Made by a program: the position numbers and the translations under genes. A stretch of 63,972 bases of DNA, filler included, from Phoronis australis (lineage: Eukaryota; Animalia; Phoronida): NCBI GenBank assembly GCA_002633005.1. It is 10 parts of 10 records of this genome, joined end to end, with 100 filler letters (N's around TTAATTAATTAA, not from the genome) between each part and the next. Parts side by side here need not be neighbours in the genome. Positions count along the whole stretch, not along the records: positions 1 to 7,721 come from NMRA01001498.1; positions 7,822 to 11,987 come from NMRA01002680.1; positions 12,088 to 18,127 come from NMRA01002238.1; 7 more parts are not named here. One strand, written 5' to 3'. The notes below the pieces were generated by a model. That model did not search any database. It worked only from the letters and a program-made list of their open reading frames with translations, and had not been told where the DNA came from. Below, piece after piece: positions 1 to 12,899 of this stretch; positions within the stretch are counted from its first letter, which is position 1; each line of letters begins with the position of its first letter.

Positions 1-464
1 AGTTGCGGTTAGTATGAACGCTTAACTCCGGTCCTGGATCGTAGTTAACAGCTCCAGTTAACATCGCAGTTAACAGGCGAATTTAATAGCGCAGCGTCGA
101 CGCTGCGGTGCAGTATGAACGGTTAAATTCAGACCAATCGATGTTATCGACAGATGTCACTGTTACCGTCAACAATTACATGGTAGTGCCGTCACTAATA
201 GCTGCTTATATTTTGCTCTTAATAATAACCAATCGACTTGAAAATAAGTTTAATGTCAATTAGCACACGTACATGTAAATGTTCCCAAATTGTCACATTT
301 AAAAAAATCTTAGCGTGCAGACCTACCTTGTGATAACTTCGATGACAACAGCATCACCTACCGTTTACTTCGAACTATCGAAGCCAGTTTGACCGGTGCA
401 GTTAACTGCGCTGTTTACGTCAACGCTCCGCTGAGCCCGGAGTTAAGTCAACATGAAAGGGCCT
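1..464 (-). mobile_element. PIF/Harbinger-like MITE, truncated by window start; diverged inverted copy at 55723-56209
   Basis: Ends in ...CATGAAAGGGCCT followed by TTA. Its reverse complement aligns by eye along its length with 55723-56170. Confidence 0.7.
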
Positions 465-1928
465 TTAGGCTTTTAGCTCCCGCCTTACACTATAGGTTCA
501 CATCGGAGGCGAACATTTCTGGCGTTTCTGCAAGCTGTGAACTGGGTAACAGCGCCACTTTCGACAACCTATCAAACTACTTTTTTAAAGTTTTTGATCA
601 CGACACGCCTGGGTAAAAAGCCGTTCTACAGAATTTTACTGGGAAGTGGCTTTTTGGTTTCTGACTTTTTGTTCTTCAGTTATAGCTGTGTTCACATGAC
701 GTTCCATACCTACGAGCGTTTGAATATGTGGATTTGTATATTATTACTGTTTTGTAATCTTTCTAAAATGATTCACTAGTGCAATATTTACCTGTTTTCC
801 TGTTCCAACGTGATCTTATAAAATTGTTAGATTCACAGAAGTCTTAGTTGCAACTTACTTGAACTTCAGTTCAAGGTAAAAACTTATTCAGCATAACAAC
901 AATGTTCTCGCATTGGTCGGTTCCGGATAAGAACAAGGGATAATGAGAGTCTGGCTAACAAAATGGTTGATAATAACTTACTACCTGGACAAAACAAAAT
1001 ATCTTTGAAAAATACTTGAGTTCAAAATACATTCACTGACACTTAGTAGCATGTTATATAATATTTTCTTTATTTTCAGATTTTCGCAAACACACACAGC
1101 ACGTGGATTTGCAGTTTGACAGATGACTAGTAATTAGTCATTTAACAAAGGCTTATCGATGCAGAGGCTTGTCAATTAAAATTACAGGTCTTAACAGGCG
1201 TATTTAGAGAATGGGAATAGGCGAATGCGAAGTTTTCTGATTTGAGAATCAAATAGGCTTACTTCCACGTGCTACCTAGGCAACGTGTCGCATCCAATCT
1301 GTCATCATTACATAGATTTGTCATTTACAGCGAGTTCTACATCTGTTAATGGACAGGCGAGGTCAAGCCAACCACTTTTATGCACAAAGCTACATGCGTC
1401 GGGACATAAGCTGTCGTTAAGCATTGGACTAGATCGCGATCCGGACATATTTGAAGGACGTTATGCATTACGAATTCAAGATGGTGGACACTCTTTCTCC
1501 ACCACAAGAATTTTAGGTTCAACGCAAAAGGTTATATAGGCCGGTCTAAATTTAGTACAGTGCTAAGTACGGTCGAAAAGACCGCCGACCAGCGAGCGGA
1601 ACAAAGTTGGTCCGGAATTCCTGTTGTTAGTTACTTAAAATGCATTTTATATTGTCACATGGCCAATTCTTTTAGACTACTCAGTAAGGTTCCCGAGAAA
1701 GGGGTAATATTTCATTTACCATTAGTTCGTGATTTGTATTTTGATTATGTAGATTAACAGAGAATGCCACCCGACTAAATTAGTTTTTTTACCGTCTAAA
1801 TCGGTCTATATCCACACCACCTCGCATACCGTCGAACTTACCTCGCCGAGAGGTGTCGCGTTAACCTGTGAGGAAGGTGAGAAACGACTCAGCTACGTCA
1901 GTGGTTCTTTTGCAGAGTGAGTGCCGCT

Positions 1929-2234
1929 ATGGTGTGGTGTATCGTTCCCGCTTGTGCGAACTATGAAGCTGCCAGGAAAGTGGGCATATCGCTTTTTCAA
2001 TTTCCTCAAGAGCCCGTAATGCTTCGGAAGTGGCTCATGGCAGTGAAGAATGAAAAGTACGCCGTTAATACCAAGTATGAGGCCGTGAAACATCTCCGTG
2101 TCTGTGATAGGCAATTCGTCGACAGTGATTTCACTGACGAATGCCGGCTTACTAAACAGCTCGTGCCAGGGCAGAAAAATAGACTGATAGCCTGTGAAAC
2201 CTATCGACCGACTTGTGAAGTCTTCGTCGGATGA
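1929..2234 (+). pseudogene. THAP zinc-finger domain ORF, probably transposon-derived and degenerate
   Basis: MVWCIVPAC...LFQFPQEPVMLRKWLMAV...LRVCDRQF matches the THAP pattern C-x4-C, FP, W, C-x2-H-F. The His ligand is replaced by Gln and there is no AVPT box. Confidence 0.8.
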
Positions 2235-2684
2235 GTACTAGTCTAAGTCAGGATTGCGAGTTAGCATGTTGACGTTGATTATTGTGCGTTGTTTCGTGAT
2301 GTCTTCAGTCCGGCCGCGACAGGTCTAATCGGGGTCCTAGCCACTGGCCGGGATAACAAACGTTTTGTGTGTTTATGACCGAAAAAAGTCTAAAATTACA
2401 ACACACAGCTATGGTGCCCTGTCTGTATTTCACGAACGAATAATTCGAATTCATCATCGATCAGACCCCACTAAAACTTCTGCAACCGACCTTGGTAAAT
2501 TGGCTTACCGAACTTTGTAGGCTACGGTACCCTTTCAAATACCTATAAATCCGTAACAGCGAAATAAAACAACACGTTTTTCCAATAACTCCATTTATAC
2601 CACAATATTAGCGTCAAATGGCAGATAAAACCGTGTAATAACCCATAAAGTTATCTCACTAGTGAGATATCGATTTGGCGGGAA

Positions 2685-2756
2685 ACCGAGGACGGAGTCG
2701 AACCCGGGACCTAGGTATTGCTGATCGCCGACTTTAACCACTACACCACGCAGCGA
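2685..2756 (-). other. tRNA-derived Pol III promoter segment (SINE head or tRNA pseudogene)
   Basis: Minus strand has A box TGGTGTAGTGG and B box GGTTCGACTCC at tRNA spacing. The acceptor and T stems do not pair, so it is not a functional tRNA. Confidence 0.7.
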
Positions 2757-3301
2757 CTGACGTCATCAAGGGTGAAAATAGAATACTTAAATGAGCACGC
2801 GCGATAATCGCACGTTCAAGAAACCGCATTGTACTGTACTTATACGCTACGAAAAATAAGACACATAATTTCCATAAAAACGATATCTTAATTCAGTGAA
2901 AATTTTCTCTCATGTCCTCTTACTTGTAAATCACCGATCTCCAGTTTGAATGCGGGTATCGTGTCGTCAGGATCTTTGACTTGAGAATTATATTCAGTTA
3001 CCAGTGGTAACCTACTTTAGCAGACGATAATTTCCCGGTCGAAGCTTAGCGTGTAAAAAACGTGTTTTAAGCTATAATAGTTGCTTAACCTTAATTTAGA
3101 GATTCACTTCATGTCTATTTTGTTTTAATTTCCAATTGGTTTTGAGTATAAGCATTATTTGACAAAAATAGCTCGGCTTTTCTTAAAAGGTCACGACCTC
3201 CGACCCCGGGCCTCTGACATAGAAAGTAGTTACAAAGCCGAGGCGAGTCGAGAAAGGTAGATCGAGTCATTGCAATGTTTCTCGTTTAGTATGTGGTATA
3301 A

Positions 3302-3465
3302 ATAGATTATTACATGTTCTCAGTCGTTATCCCCCTTATCTAGAGCCCTCGTGGGTTTTGTAGAATTATCACCCTCGGGGCTGACGCCCCTCGGGCGATA
3401 ATTCTCCAAAATCCACTCGGGCTCTAGATAACGGGGGATAACGACTTCGCCATGTAATAATCTAT
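3302..3465. mobile_element. 164-bp foldback (palindromic) miniature element
   Basis: ATAGATTATTACATG...GTCGTTATCCCCCTTATCTAGAGCCC is mirrored by GGGCTCTAGATAACGGGGGATAACGAC...CATGTAATAATCTAT. The arms pair almost to the centre. Confidence 0.85.
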
Positions 3466-5260
3466 ATGTATTTGTAAGGGATTTACTTCAAATGTTGATT
3501 ATTGATGTAAAACGATGAATTCAAGCGATAAGCTGACACCAGTATGCGTGTTGTGAACTGCTGAACAGACTGCGTTCGAACCTCTGACGTCATTGGATAA
3601 TATCAACACCTCCGTCTGCCGTTAGGTGTCAAGTAAAAGAACTGTACATCCTGTTATCGACAGGAACTACTCGATCTAAGTTGATACAAAGTAGGTTATT
3701 TTGGGGTGGCATTCTCCTTTAAATCTCGTCTGATTTCATTATATCTTAGTGTCCGGGTTGTCGTGGTCTTATTGTCTCTTTGAACATACGCTAGAGGTTG
3801 CAGATCTCGTCCGATCTACATGAAATATGCACACTGCCTGTAACTTGTCAATAACTCAAGGTGTGGGGTCCGCATTACGCAGTATCTTTCAATGCTTCTT
3901 GCATGCTAGGACTACACTAGGCACTCACTACGGTGAATGGACTTTCCTTACCGGCTTCTTCTGTTTGGCAACAGGGATGGTGTCAGTATAGTGCCTGTTC
4001 GCGGCAATATTCTTTCCCGCCCAAGCGCACATACAATGTAGCAACCTGGCAAACCCTTTTTCAGCAACTACGTAACTGGTGGGAGCGTAAAGCCAAATTT
4101 CTATCTTTAGGTCACTTTTTGCATTAAACAAGCGGATCGACTCCTGGGTAGAGTTCAGTAACGCTAGGACCTCGCTCGGACCTCGTTAGGAAAGTAAGAT
4201 AGCGACATTACGCGAGACGATGCCGTATGTTTTAAAGGGGAGCGCGTGATTTTGGCTAGATTTTTCCTGCCGTGAGACAGCTACTGAGCTTTTTCGTCGC
4301 AGTTGGACAAAGGTTGTTGCTGTCTAGGTCATTTTTGTACTTGTTGTTTTGCTTTAAATCCGTTTCTTCCATCTGGTTTAGGCCACTTACAGTTTTAAAA
4401 TTGTTCCTCGCAGAGGAGTGATCTCTGAGCTCGGGAAGAATTGAAAGATCTTCATTTAATCAGGGGAAGGTCATAACATTTACAGTCGCAGGGTGATCAC
4501 GTGAAATTTTATGAATTCGGTGTGAAGAAACAACACAGTTTAATATCATAATTATAGCAGAAAGTGGTCTAAATCAATAGTTATTTTTAGGACAGGCTTA
4601 TAGAGAAGGTTCATTTATTCAGAAATTTAAATTGTTAATTTGCATTTTAATGAGAAAACGTTTAAACAGGGTATGTTTGCTTTTATGCAATACAGTGATT
4701 TGTGATATCAAAAACATCAAAATTGGTCACAGAACTGTTGTGTTAAGCCTCCTTTAACCAATAGCCCGGCAGATCATTTAACATCCTGGTTCAAGGTATC
4801 AAATGTCGCTTTGACACTGTCCTGCCTAAACAGGTGCAACAGAGCGGCCAAATTAACTTTTGTTGTCATTGGATAAACACATACTTCGATGAACACAATA
4901 ATAATGAAAGCAGTCGAGGTGCGCACTGGACTGATACTATGACATTGACTTAGGAAAATGTTGCTCAATGTATTATTTGTTCGACGTCGTATCCGTCTTA
5001 TCAGTCTCTGAGCATATACACACAACTGCTACTCACAGATATAATTTCTACGAATTATTTCTATAAGGACACTAAGCCCTGTTTTGGTAATTTCACCGAT
5101 CCTGGTTGAGTAACCTGCTAATCCATAATTGATGGCCCACTAATTAAGTGATGAAAGCACGATTGAACAACAAAATCATACTCCCTGTGTCACAGATTTC
5201 ATTTTATGGTTCTTGATCGGTAATCCTTCCCAACAGTTGTGTAACTGGCCAGAAACGTAG

Positions 5261-5371
5261 CATGGGCGGCGCACCCACTTATTTCAGTGCTACGCCGTCC
5301 ATGTCCATGAGCGACGCACCAGAGGGCTAAGGGCTGTAGCCCCCACTTATTTCAGTGCTGCGCCGCCCATG
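5261..5371. mobile_element. 111-bp hAT-like mini element (tandem dimer) with 5-bp TSD CGTAG
   Basis: Perfect 13-bp TIR CATGGGCGGCGCA / TGCGCCGCCCATG. CGTAG at 5256-5260 and 5372-5376. Two internal units share CCCACTTATTTCAGTGCT. Confidence 0.85.
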
Positions 5372-6242
5372 CGTAGATCACGCGTGCAAGTTAGGCACAC
5401 TTCGTAAGGATCTTTCACATTTTGCTCCAAACTTGAGGGTTGTCAAGGTTTACAGAGCATAGTTTTGTTTCGGAGAAATGGATGGGAAAGTCGTTTTCAA
5501 TATCCATTAATAAGCCAAAACCGGATTTAGTATCCTTTGAAGCCATGTCTCGTTTATTGAGACTTACCCCTGGAGAAAAATTGTTCACCGTGGTGGCTTA
5601 TATCACTCCTTAGCTATCCATAAACAAAGCGCAACCCATCAATACAAGCAATACTCGTGTAAACTTGAGGCACCGTCCAGAAAGGAGATACTCCAAACAG
5701 TAGGTAAAGCTTGTGAGAAGGAGACTGGGGCCATGTGGAGCTCGCTTACACTGGTCACTGCTCTGATTCCCTAAGCTCCACACAACTTTTATGATCCCTA
5801 TTCAGCACGCTCTTTGTATTGATGCACATCTGAGCTATGAGGTGGAAAGGTAATAGCTAGCACTACTTTCTTAACAATGGTGGTCGTTATTACACCCAAA
5901 TTGTTTTTCTCTGGCATTCGCACAGAGTTAAAGCCTGCAATGGGGAGAGCAGTTTTAACTTCATACATTTTAAATATTACAAAAAGACTAAAAAGTTAAT
6001 TTGCGTTGATCTTGACAAAGGGCCACTTCCCAAAGGAACGTTGGTTTTAAATATGTTTGATACCTGTTTTCATTACTTTATTCTAATACTCCTGTCTACA
6101 TGCTTTTTTCTTATCGGTTAGGGTTGCTATCTTTTTATTTTGTGTTTAAACGAAGCATCAAAACAACTTAGAAGTCAGTTAATTGTGAACTCATCCCTGA
6201 ATTTTCCAGATTACAGCTACATCAAACATTTCACAGCGAACT

Positions 6243-6332
6243 AAACCACACGTGTCATTAGTTCAAGTTTAATCTTTATTAGAACTAAAATCATAAAATA
6301 TATACAAAAGTTCAAATGGTGACAGCCAAACT
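6243..6332. repeat. Dispersed ~90-bp repeat; second copy at 38383-38479
   Basis: Shared GTGTCATTRGTTCAAGTTTAAWCTTTATTAGARCT...TGGTGAYAGCCAAAC. Confidence 0.75.
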
Positions 6333-6648
6333 GAAGATTTGGAATCTCTGGACAATTTCGGTTGCACTAACTACATAACTATTCTAGCTTTTAGGTAACT
6401 CATTTCATTGGCCTCGAAAAATCAAGCGGTCGTTTGTTCTCCCAGTATTCTTGAATGAAACGCACATGGAACAATTTAACATTTTGACCCAACACGTGCC
6501 ATTTGATGCAGAGCAAGTGAAGTCCTTTATGCCTCGTGACAGCGTTCTTGTGACAATAGACCCTATTCACGCCGACAGGAGGCGCATTCCAAAACGAGGC
6601 TCGCTACGATAGCTATGTTAGCTTATCGGCATAGTTCTGTGTTTCAGA

Positions 6649-6783
6649 CCGTGTTGTTCCGTGAACGGCTAGAAAAAATACGGACACGCACCTGTCTGCT
6701 TCACAATCTCTAAAGACGTTGAGATACGGAAGCGTTGGGTCCTTGCCGCGACGAAGCAAAATATGTCCGTGTAAAAGTTATGT
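6649..6783 (+). pseudogene. Decayed THAP domain
   Basis: One frame reads PCCSVNG*KKYGHAPVCFTISKDVEIRKRWVLAATKQNMSV*KLC, a THAP-like pattern with two stops. It is absent from the ORF track. Confidence 0.65.
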
Positions 6784-6891
6784 TTTCGAAAAGTTAGATC
6801 ATATTTTGTCGCATGTCCGGCGCGGTCAGTTGTTAAACATCATGGTAACGACCGGAGAATGGGCCAGTCAGGCTGTGTTTTCATGACTACG

Positions 6892-7170
6892 GATTTGGGG
6901 GGCATGGCCACCCCTAAAATTGTGTCAGATCCCATTTTTGAGTTCGGGTGCGAATTGCTGACTAGCACACGTGCGCAACGGGGGGTGAATAAACAACGCA
7001 TAGGCGCTGAATGAACCCCGTTTACCGTTTTTTTTTTAGTCAACAGGTCCGCAAACCCAAGAATTCAAGACCCCTGCATCCTCAGAGTTTAGGCTGGGCG
7101 CGCGCATCTGCCGAAATGCTACTTATTCCTGTGCCCTGCCCCCCTAACTAAAAACCTGGATCCGCCCCTG
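6892..7170. mobile_element. hAT-like MITE with 5-bp TSD CTACG; left TIR partly deleted
   Basis: Right end GGATCCGCCCCTG is followed by CTACG (7171-7175). CTACG at 6887-6891 is followed by GATTTGGGGGGCATGG, consistent with loss of the first ~8 TIR bases. Confidence 0.55.
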
Positions 7171-7721
7171 CTACGGGTTGAAATATTATAATTTTTCTTT
7201 CCAAAAAGGACAGGGCCCTCAATCCCTCAAATTTGGGGCCCAATATCGGCCCTATTCCCCTCTCAAACATATTGAAATATCACGCGAAATTCCCCCCACG
7301 AGGCATAAAAATTCCCCTGATGAAAAATCTCTCTGAGTTCAAATCACCTGTAACCACACAGGTGACAATTTTTAAGAGCACAAAAGGCTACTTTAAATTG
7401 AGGCAGAGCCTATGAGAGCTTGCAACAGGGTGGGGGTGCTATTGATGGTGATCGGGAGGTAGATTATTCCCGCCCTCACTCGGCGAAAAAATTGCCTCTC
7501 AGTAGGCACTGGCACCGTTCCCCTCGGATGAAAGAGGCTTCTGCAGAAACATGATAACTATGATTGCATTGTCCAGTTAACTGAAATTGAGTTCTAAAAC
7601 GATGTTATGTTTTGGACGAACGAATTAGGTGTTTTAATTTTAAAATTCAACTTGGTCCAGATTGATATTTGAAATCTAACACATGAAATAGACGTAAGAA
7701 TTATTACAACCAAGAAAGCAT

Positions 7722-7821
7722 NNNNNNNNNNNNNNNNNNNNNNNNNNNNNNNNNNNNNNNNNNNNTTAATTAATTAANNNNNNNNNNNNNNNNNNNNNNN
7801 NNNNNNNNNNNNNNNNNNNNN
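7722..7821. other. Artificial contig spacer N44-TTAATTAATTAA-N44; also at 11988-12087, 18128-18227, 20899-20998, 36880-36979, 40155-40254, 49570-49669, 56902-57001, 61220-61319
   Basis: Nine identical 100-bp blocks whose 12-mer puts stop codons in all six frames. Confidence 0.98.
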
Positions 7822-9801
7822 GATACATGACAATGAACACCTGATGCCAATATGGCAAACAAAAGAAGACCTGTCTGTTATGTAGCTACAGCTAACAATT
7901 ACGTCCGCACACACTGGTTAATAGTACTGATTGTGACATCGTTACCAACTACAATTGCATAGTCTCCAGTAGTTATCAAAATTTATCTATTAGCATGTGT
8001 GACTTCAATTCGCATCTAACACAAAAATACTTGGTAGTTGCTAACCTTTTAAGTTTATAAATTGTTACTATAATTTTTGTTTTAAATGACTATGCTCCAT
8101 CGTCATTTTAGTACACGGGGTAAAAAGATGAATTGCGGCACAAGTCGCCACTATTGTTTGACATGTCTGCCTTTTTTGAAAAGGAACGGACGTTGTTGTA
8201 CTTAGTTTCATTTTTGCACTTCTAGTGAATGAGTAGAATGAAAACACTATGAGAGTGACCTAAACACGGGGGCACAATGTACGACATGATAAATTTTAGT
8301 ACAAACTCGATCATGCGATCTAATTAAGTCGAGGCTAACAAGCCAAAAAGTGTGTAAAGAAATATAAATCTCAGAGCATTTGGAGCAGTCGACAACGCGA
8401 CAAAATAGCTTGCCATAATGCGGCCTTAACTGAGTGCTTTATAATCCAGTAAATAACAGTGCTGAGTTGAACATGAACATTCTCATGTTATTTAAACGTG
8501 AGATAAACGAAAACGAAATTTAAACTGTTGGTAACCATCATACAACTAGTTATTGGCAAAGAAATGATGATCATTACAGTTTGATAGCGAACAGTAGAAA
8601 GAGAACTGAATTAGGCCGCGCATTAGAACTAATACGTTTTAGCTTAATTCATTTAAATCTTTTTATAAGAGTTGAACTATTTCTTGCGATCAATAAAAAC
8701 CGTACAAACCGAACCTTAAAGGATGTCAAACAAGTGACAGGAACAAAATTGGTGACGAGCAGGGGCGGTACGACCGAGTGGCTGCGCGACGACCAACCAA
8801 ACAGCTGGCAATCAGGGGTGGAGGGCGGTCCTCTTCCGATTTGGATTGGGATAATCCTAGCTGGCTATTTACATCATGACGTAACTATTCGAATGCACTT
8901 TGAAAATTCAAAATCCGGGCTTCAACACTGAAACGCCTATCGAGCCATTTCAACTCTTTACACACTAAGGTCTATACATGTATGTACATGTAGCTGTTTA
9001 CCAGAATCACTTGAAGATATCCGTTCACGTTGCAACCCGTACACTAGTGCACCAAGTAATAACCACGTTTACGAGTTCCTTGTTGAAATATTCCTTAGTG
9101 GTCAACAACTTGTTGAATCAAAAACTAGAATGGTGAAACACTAGACCTGAAAGATCCCAATGAAAATCATTGGCGTGATAGGACCCGACATCTGCATAGG
9201 GCCTATGTGTTAAGGATGTCCTCAATCCTCGAACTCTTCAATCAGTGACTCGTCAACTGAGTAGAGATGTAAATGGATCTCTACTGTGCCGTAGTTCATG
9301 TGACAAAAGTCAAGTGCACTGGCTTCTCAATTATTGTACTTATTACGTTTTAGACACTCACCTTAAACACTGAAGCACTGCGATATCTAGAGATCTCCAA
9401 CCACAACTAAAAAAGCGAGCATAACTTAATCATCTCGCACCGCAATTACTATTTGTCCAATGAATTTTGTAAACGCAGACCATAGTATTATTTTGCGTTT
9501 GTAAGGAGTGTGCGCGTGTGTGCCGTGGGGATAACTCACATACATAAATATAGGACATGTATAACAACTCAGTTGTATACCCAAGAAATTTGAGATACCC
9601 ACCTCTTCGGGTGCCTTGTCTACCAATCCCCACTATCTTGGTGAGCCCATTATTCAGTGTTCAAAGTTGTTTCATGGCTATTTCAGTATTCGTCTAGACG
9701 CATTTCCTGAAAAGAGCCCTGTATAAGGTTCTAGAAGCATTTTTTAGTAAAAGTTGGGAACAAGACTTTTTTACACAGTCAAGGTAGATCGCGAATTCAA
9801 C

Positions 9802-11987
9802 TAACCTTGTTCCCAAGCCGAATTTTGCATGTTAGACCATCTAATTACCATAAAGAAAATGGCGGCCAAATTGTCAAGTTCAGATGAATTTTTGCAATAG
9901 AAATCTCAATATACCATTTAAAATGGTGAAATGTCTCACCTCTACACTTCTTATAAATACTTCTTGAGCAATACATCACTTATGAAAACTAAAAAATGCA
10001 ACTCTAAAAACTTGAAAAATGAGGTTTTATACTTGTATTTTCATGGTCAGCAAACATGTTAAGGTCATTTTTGAAGCAATTCATTTCATATTTATTGGGT
10101 TATAGATGTATATTTACGGAATGTGGACAAATAATAGTTAATCTGCAATGCTCGTTGAGCAAGGTGTCACTATTTTGGCGGAACATAAGGACAAATGTTC
10201 ACACTATCCCGTTATATTCCATTGATTTCTTAAAAAATCAATATAGTTTTTGTTATTGAAGACATTAGATTCTCAGTTGCATGAATTGTTCTCAGGCCTG
10301 CTGAACACAGTTTTAGCATTCACTTTTGGTACTTTTTAACATGCCTGAAGCCAGGAAAATTAAACTGTTTACATACAAAGAATCTGATCACGAATGTGCT
10401 ACTGACATGTGCATACTGATATGCATCTAAGTCCAGATTTCCTGTATTTGCATTGTCTACTGTTGCGTTGTTTCTGGCATACACACAATACCATCTCTAG
10501 GCAGCTGTCTGGGATAGAACTCTGTCATCAGTATAGGCTGCAAGCATAGTTTTGTGTGTATCCCTCCCAATCAGCGGGTGCTGGGAGCTCAGGTATGGAA
10601 CAATGATCATTTTGCCATATCTTGACCTGATAGTGCACTCTCATCAGATGGAAACGGCGGGCATTATGCGTTGGGGAAAGGACTTCTGGGTTCACGGGCT
10701 TGGAGAATAGTAAATGGCGTGCTACATCTACAGGTCTTTTCTGGTCGTGTTGTATATTCTGCAGACAAATACTTCTGAAGCCATCGTAATTTTCTCAGTG
10801 AGTTCACCAATGCAGAGGTTTTTAAGCAATCTGTGATGCTAAGGAACACCTTCCATGATGATTGTTTCGTGTGATTGGCAAAGTACGATTTGGTGCCAAA
10901 CCCGGTCACGTCATGAAAAGCAAACAAGGATGTTGCTGAGTCTCGTAGTAGTTTGTTGAAAACTNCTTGGAGAATAGTAAATGGCGTGCTACATCTACAG
11001 GTCTTTTCTGATCGTGCTGTATATTCTGCAGACAAATACTTCTGAAGACGTCATAATTTTCTCAAGAGTTCACGAATTCACAGGTTCTTAGCAATCTGTG
11101 GTGCTCTAGGAACACCTTCCATGATGATTTTTCATGTGATTGAATACATGTAAGTACGAGTTGGTGCCAAACCGGGTCACGGCATGAAAAACAAACGAGG
11201 ATGTTGCTGAGCATTGTAGTAGTTGCTTGAAAAGTGCTTCAACAGGTATATATCGTCGTTTCTTTGATGTACCTGACATCGTTCAGATATGCTCACATTG
11301 CATTTGTTGGAAGTGCGATACCAGAAGCAGTAGAACATCGGGTATCCCTGGAAAACACGACTGACTGTGGACAGCATGCAGTACCAATCTTGCATCTGGT
11401 TCTTCATGTGTGGATTTCAGAGTCCTCAAATCAGTCGTATCCTTAGATGATTTAATTGACTTCCAGCTCATCGTTGAACCCTCCTGCAACCATAATCTTT
11501 TTATATTCAGGCTTCTACGAACACAGTTCCTCTAACAAGAAATGTGTTAGGTCTGCTTTATTCTCAGCCAGTGCCCGAAACTTTGACTAGTTGAGAAAGA
11601 GGTACATCACTACCTTCCAAAAATCACCTGATTTGCCATGTCCCTTTACTGCGCTGTTTTCTTGTTGTGTCTTTCATTGTTTCTTGTCTGTATCTGCCAA
11701 GTACAATATCAATTATATGATATCAAAATCCTGTGTTTAGCACTGTTTTCATGAATGAATCAGCCAGGTTTTCGAAGGTCACATCACCATCAGGCTTCGC
11801 AAGAGCTACCAGCAATGCTTCGCCATCAATAATGAGGCAAGCAGACGTGTCGTGGAGTTGAATTGTTTCAGGACAGTCGATGTGTTAACTATTAATACTT
11901 CGGGAAGTGAAGATTTATCTCCAGGGCGCAATGTGCCACTCTTTTCTGCAAGAAAACATGGACGGGAAGAAGCTCGCGTTTGAGCAC
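9802..11987 (-). mobile_element. Decayed Academ DNA transposon (3' part of transposase), cut by spacer
   Basis: Minus-strand fragments IIDGEALLVAL, STHEEPDARLVLHA (HEEADTR-like), FHDVTGFGTKSYF..SSWKVF and the Cys-rich tail SIPDSCLEMVLCVCQKQRNSRQCKYRKSGLRCISVCTC occur in Academ order, with many frameshifts. The terminus near 9802 is approximate. Confidence 0.8.
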
Positions 11988-12899
11988 NNNNNNNNNNNNN
12001 NNNNNNNNNNNNNNNNNNNNNNNNNNNNNNNTTAATTAATTAANNNNNNNNNNNNNNNNNNNNNNNNNNNNNNNNNNNNNNNNNNNNAAACTGAAGTGTT
12101 GTCTCCATGGTTTCAAAATTTTATTTCAACGGAAAATGACAGAAACAAACGTCAACGAGTGGGTTTTTTTTCTCGCAGGGATTTACGTTTTTGATGACAG
12201 AAAACCCCGCCAAGTAATAAATATTTTGCCACCAATTTACAGATAAGATCCAAAAAAGTAAGATATGGCAAATTTATGCATATAATTTGATAACGCTGAA
12301 AGAGAAATCACAGCCTAAGGTGGACGTCTACCCAAGCACACGCTTCCAGCACATGGGTTGTTTTCATAGTGCAAGTTTCTTGCGTGCAAAAGCCAGATCA
12401 CGCATGTATTTGCGAGATATCCTTAACTAAGTTTTGGTGAGTCTGTTTAGTTTCATTAGTTGCCGGAAATAAGCTTAGCCTGAGTGCATATTGTGCTGCG
12501 CGTAGTGTTTCCCACAGAACACATTTCAGTCAGTGTTCTAGGAAAGAGGTCTGATCGTTTCTCATCACTTGGTTAGAGATCGGATATGTTTTGTCTTTTT
12601 TGGATAAAAAATAATACGCAATACCGTCAAGTCAGCTATTGGCTCACTCAAGNCGTTTCTCATCACTTGGTTAGAGATCGGATATGTTTTGTCTTTTTTG
12701 GATCAAAAATAATACGCAATACCGTCAAGTCAGCTATTGGCTCACTCAAGAATAATCACTCCCGCCTGCCTCTCTAAACGTCCCCCGGGTACTTGGAAAG
12801 TAATAATATCCACCCATTTTATGGACACCAAAAAGGAACCCATTTGACTGGAACTTCCAGAAAAAAATCGCTAGAGATTCGTTCCAGAACTACCAACCT

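Noticed and set aside
2685-2756. Functional tRNA gene
   Set aside because: The acceptor, anticodon and T stems do not pair; only the promoter boxes remain.
4236-4753. Possible Kolobok-like MITE between TTAA sites
   Set aside because: The termini share little more than AGG, which is too weak to call.
10699-11230. ~268-bp tandem duplication in the Academ remnant
   Set aside because: The junction is a single N, so it is probably two copies or haplotypes joined by the assembler. Used only as a paired comparison.
12556-12750. 97-bp tandem duplication (similar case near 36255-36329)
   Set aside because: Near-identical copies separated by one N, typical of overlapping contig ends.
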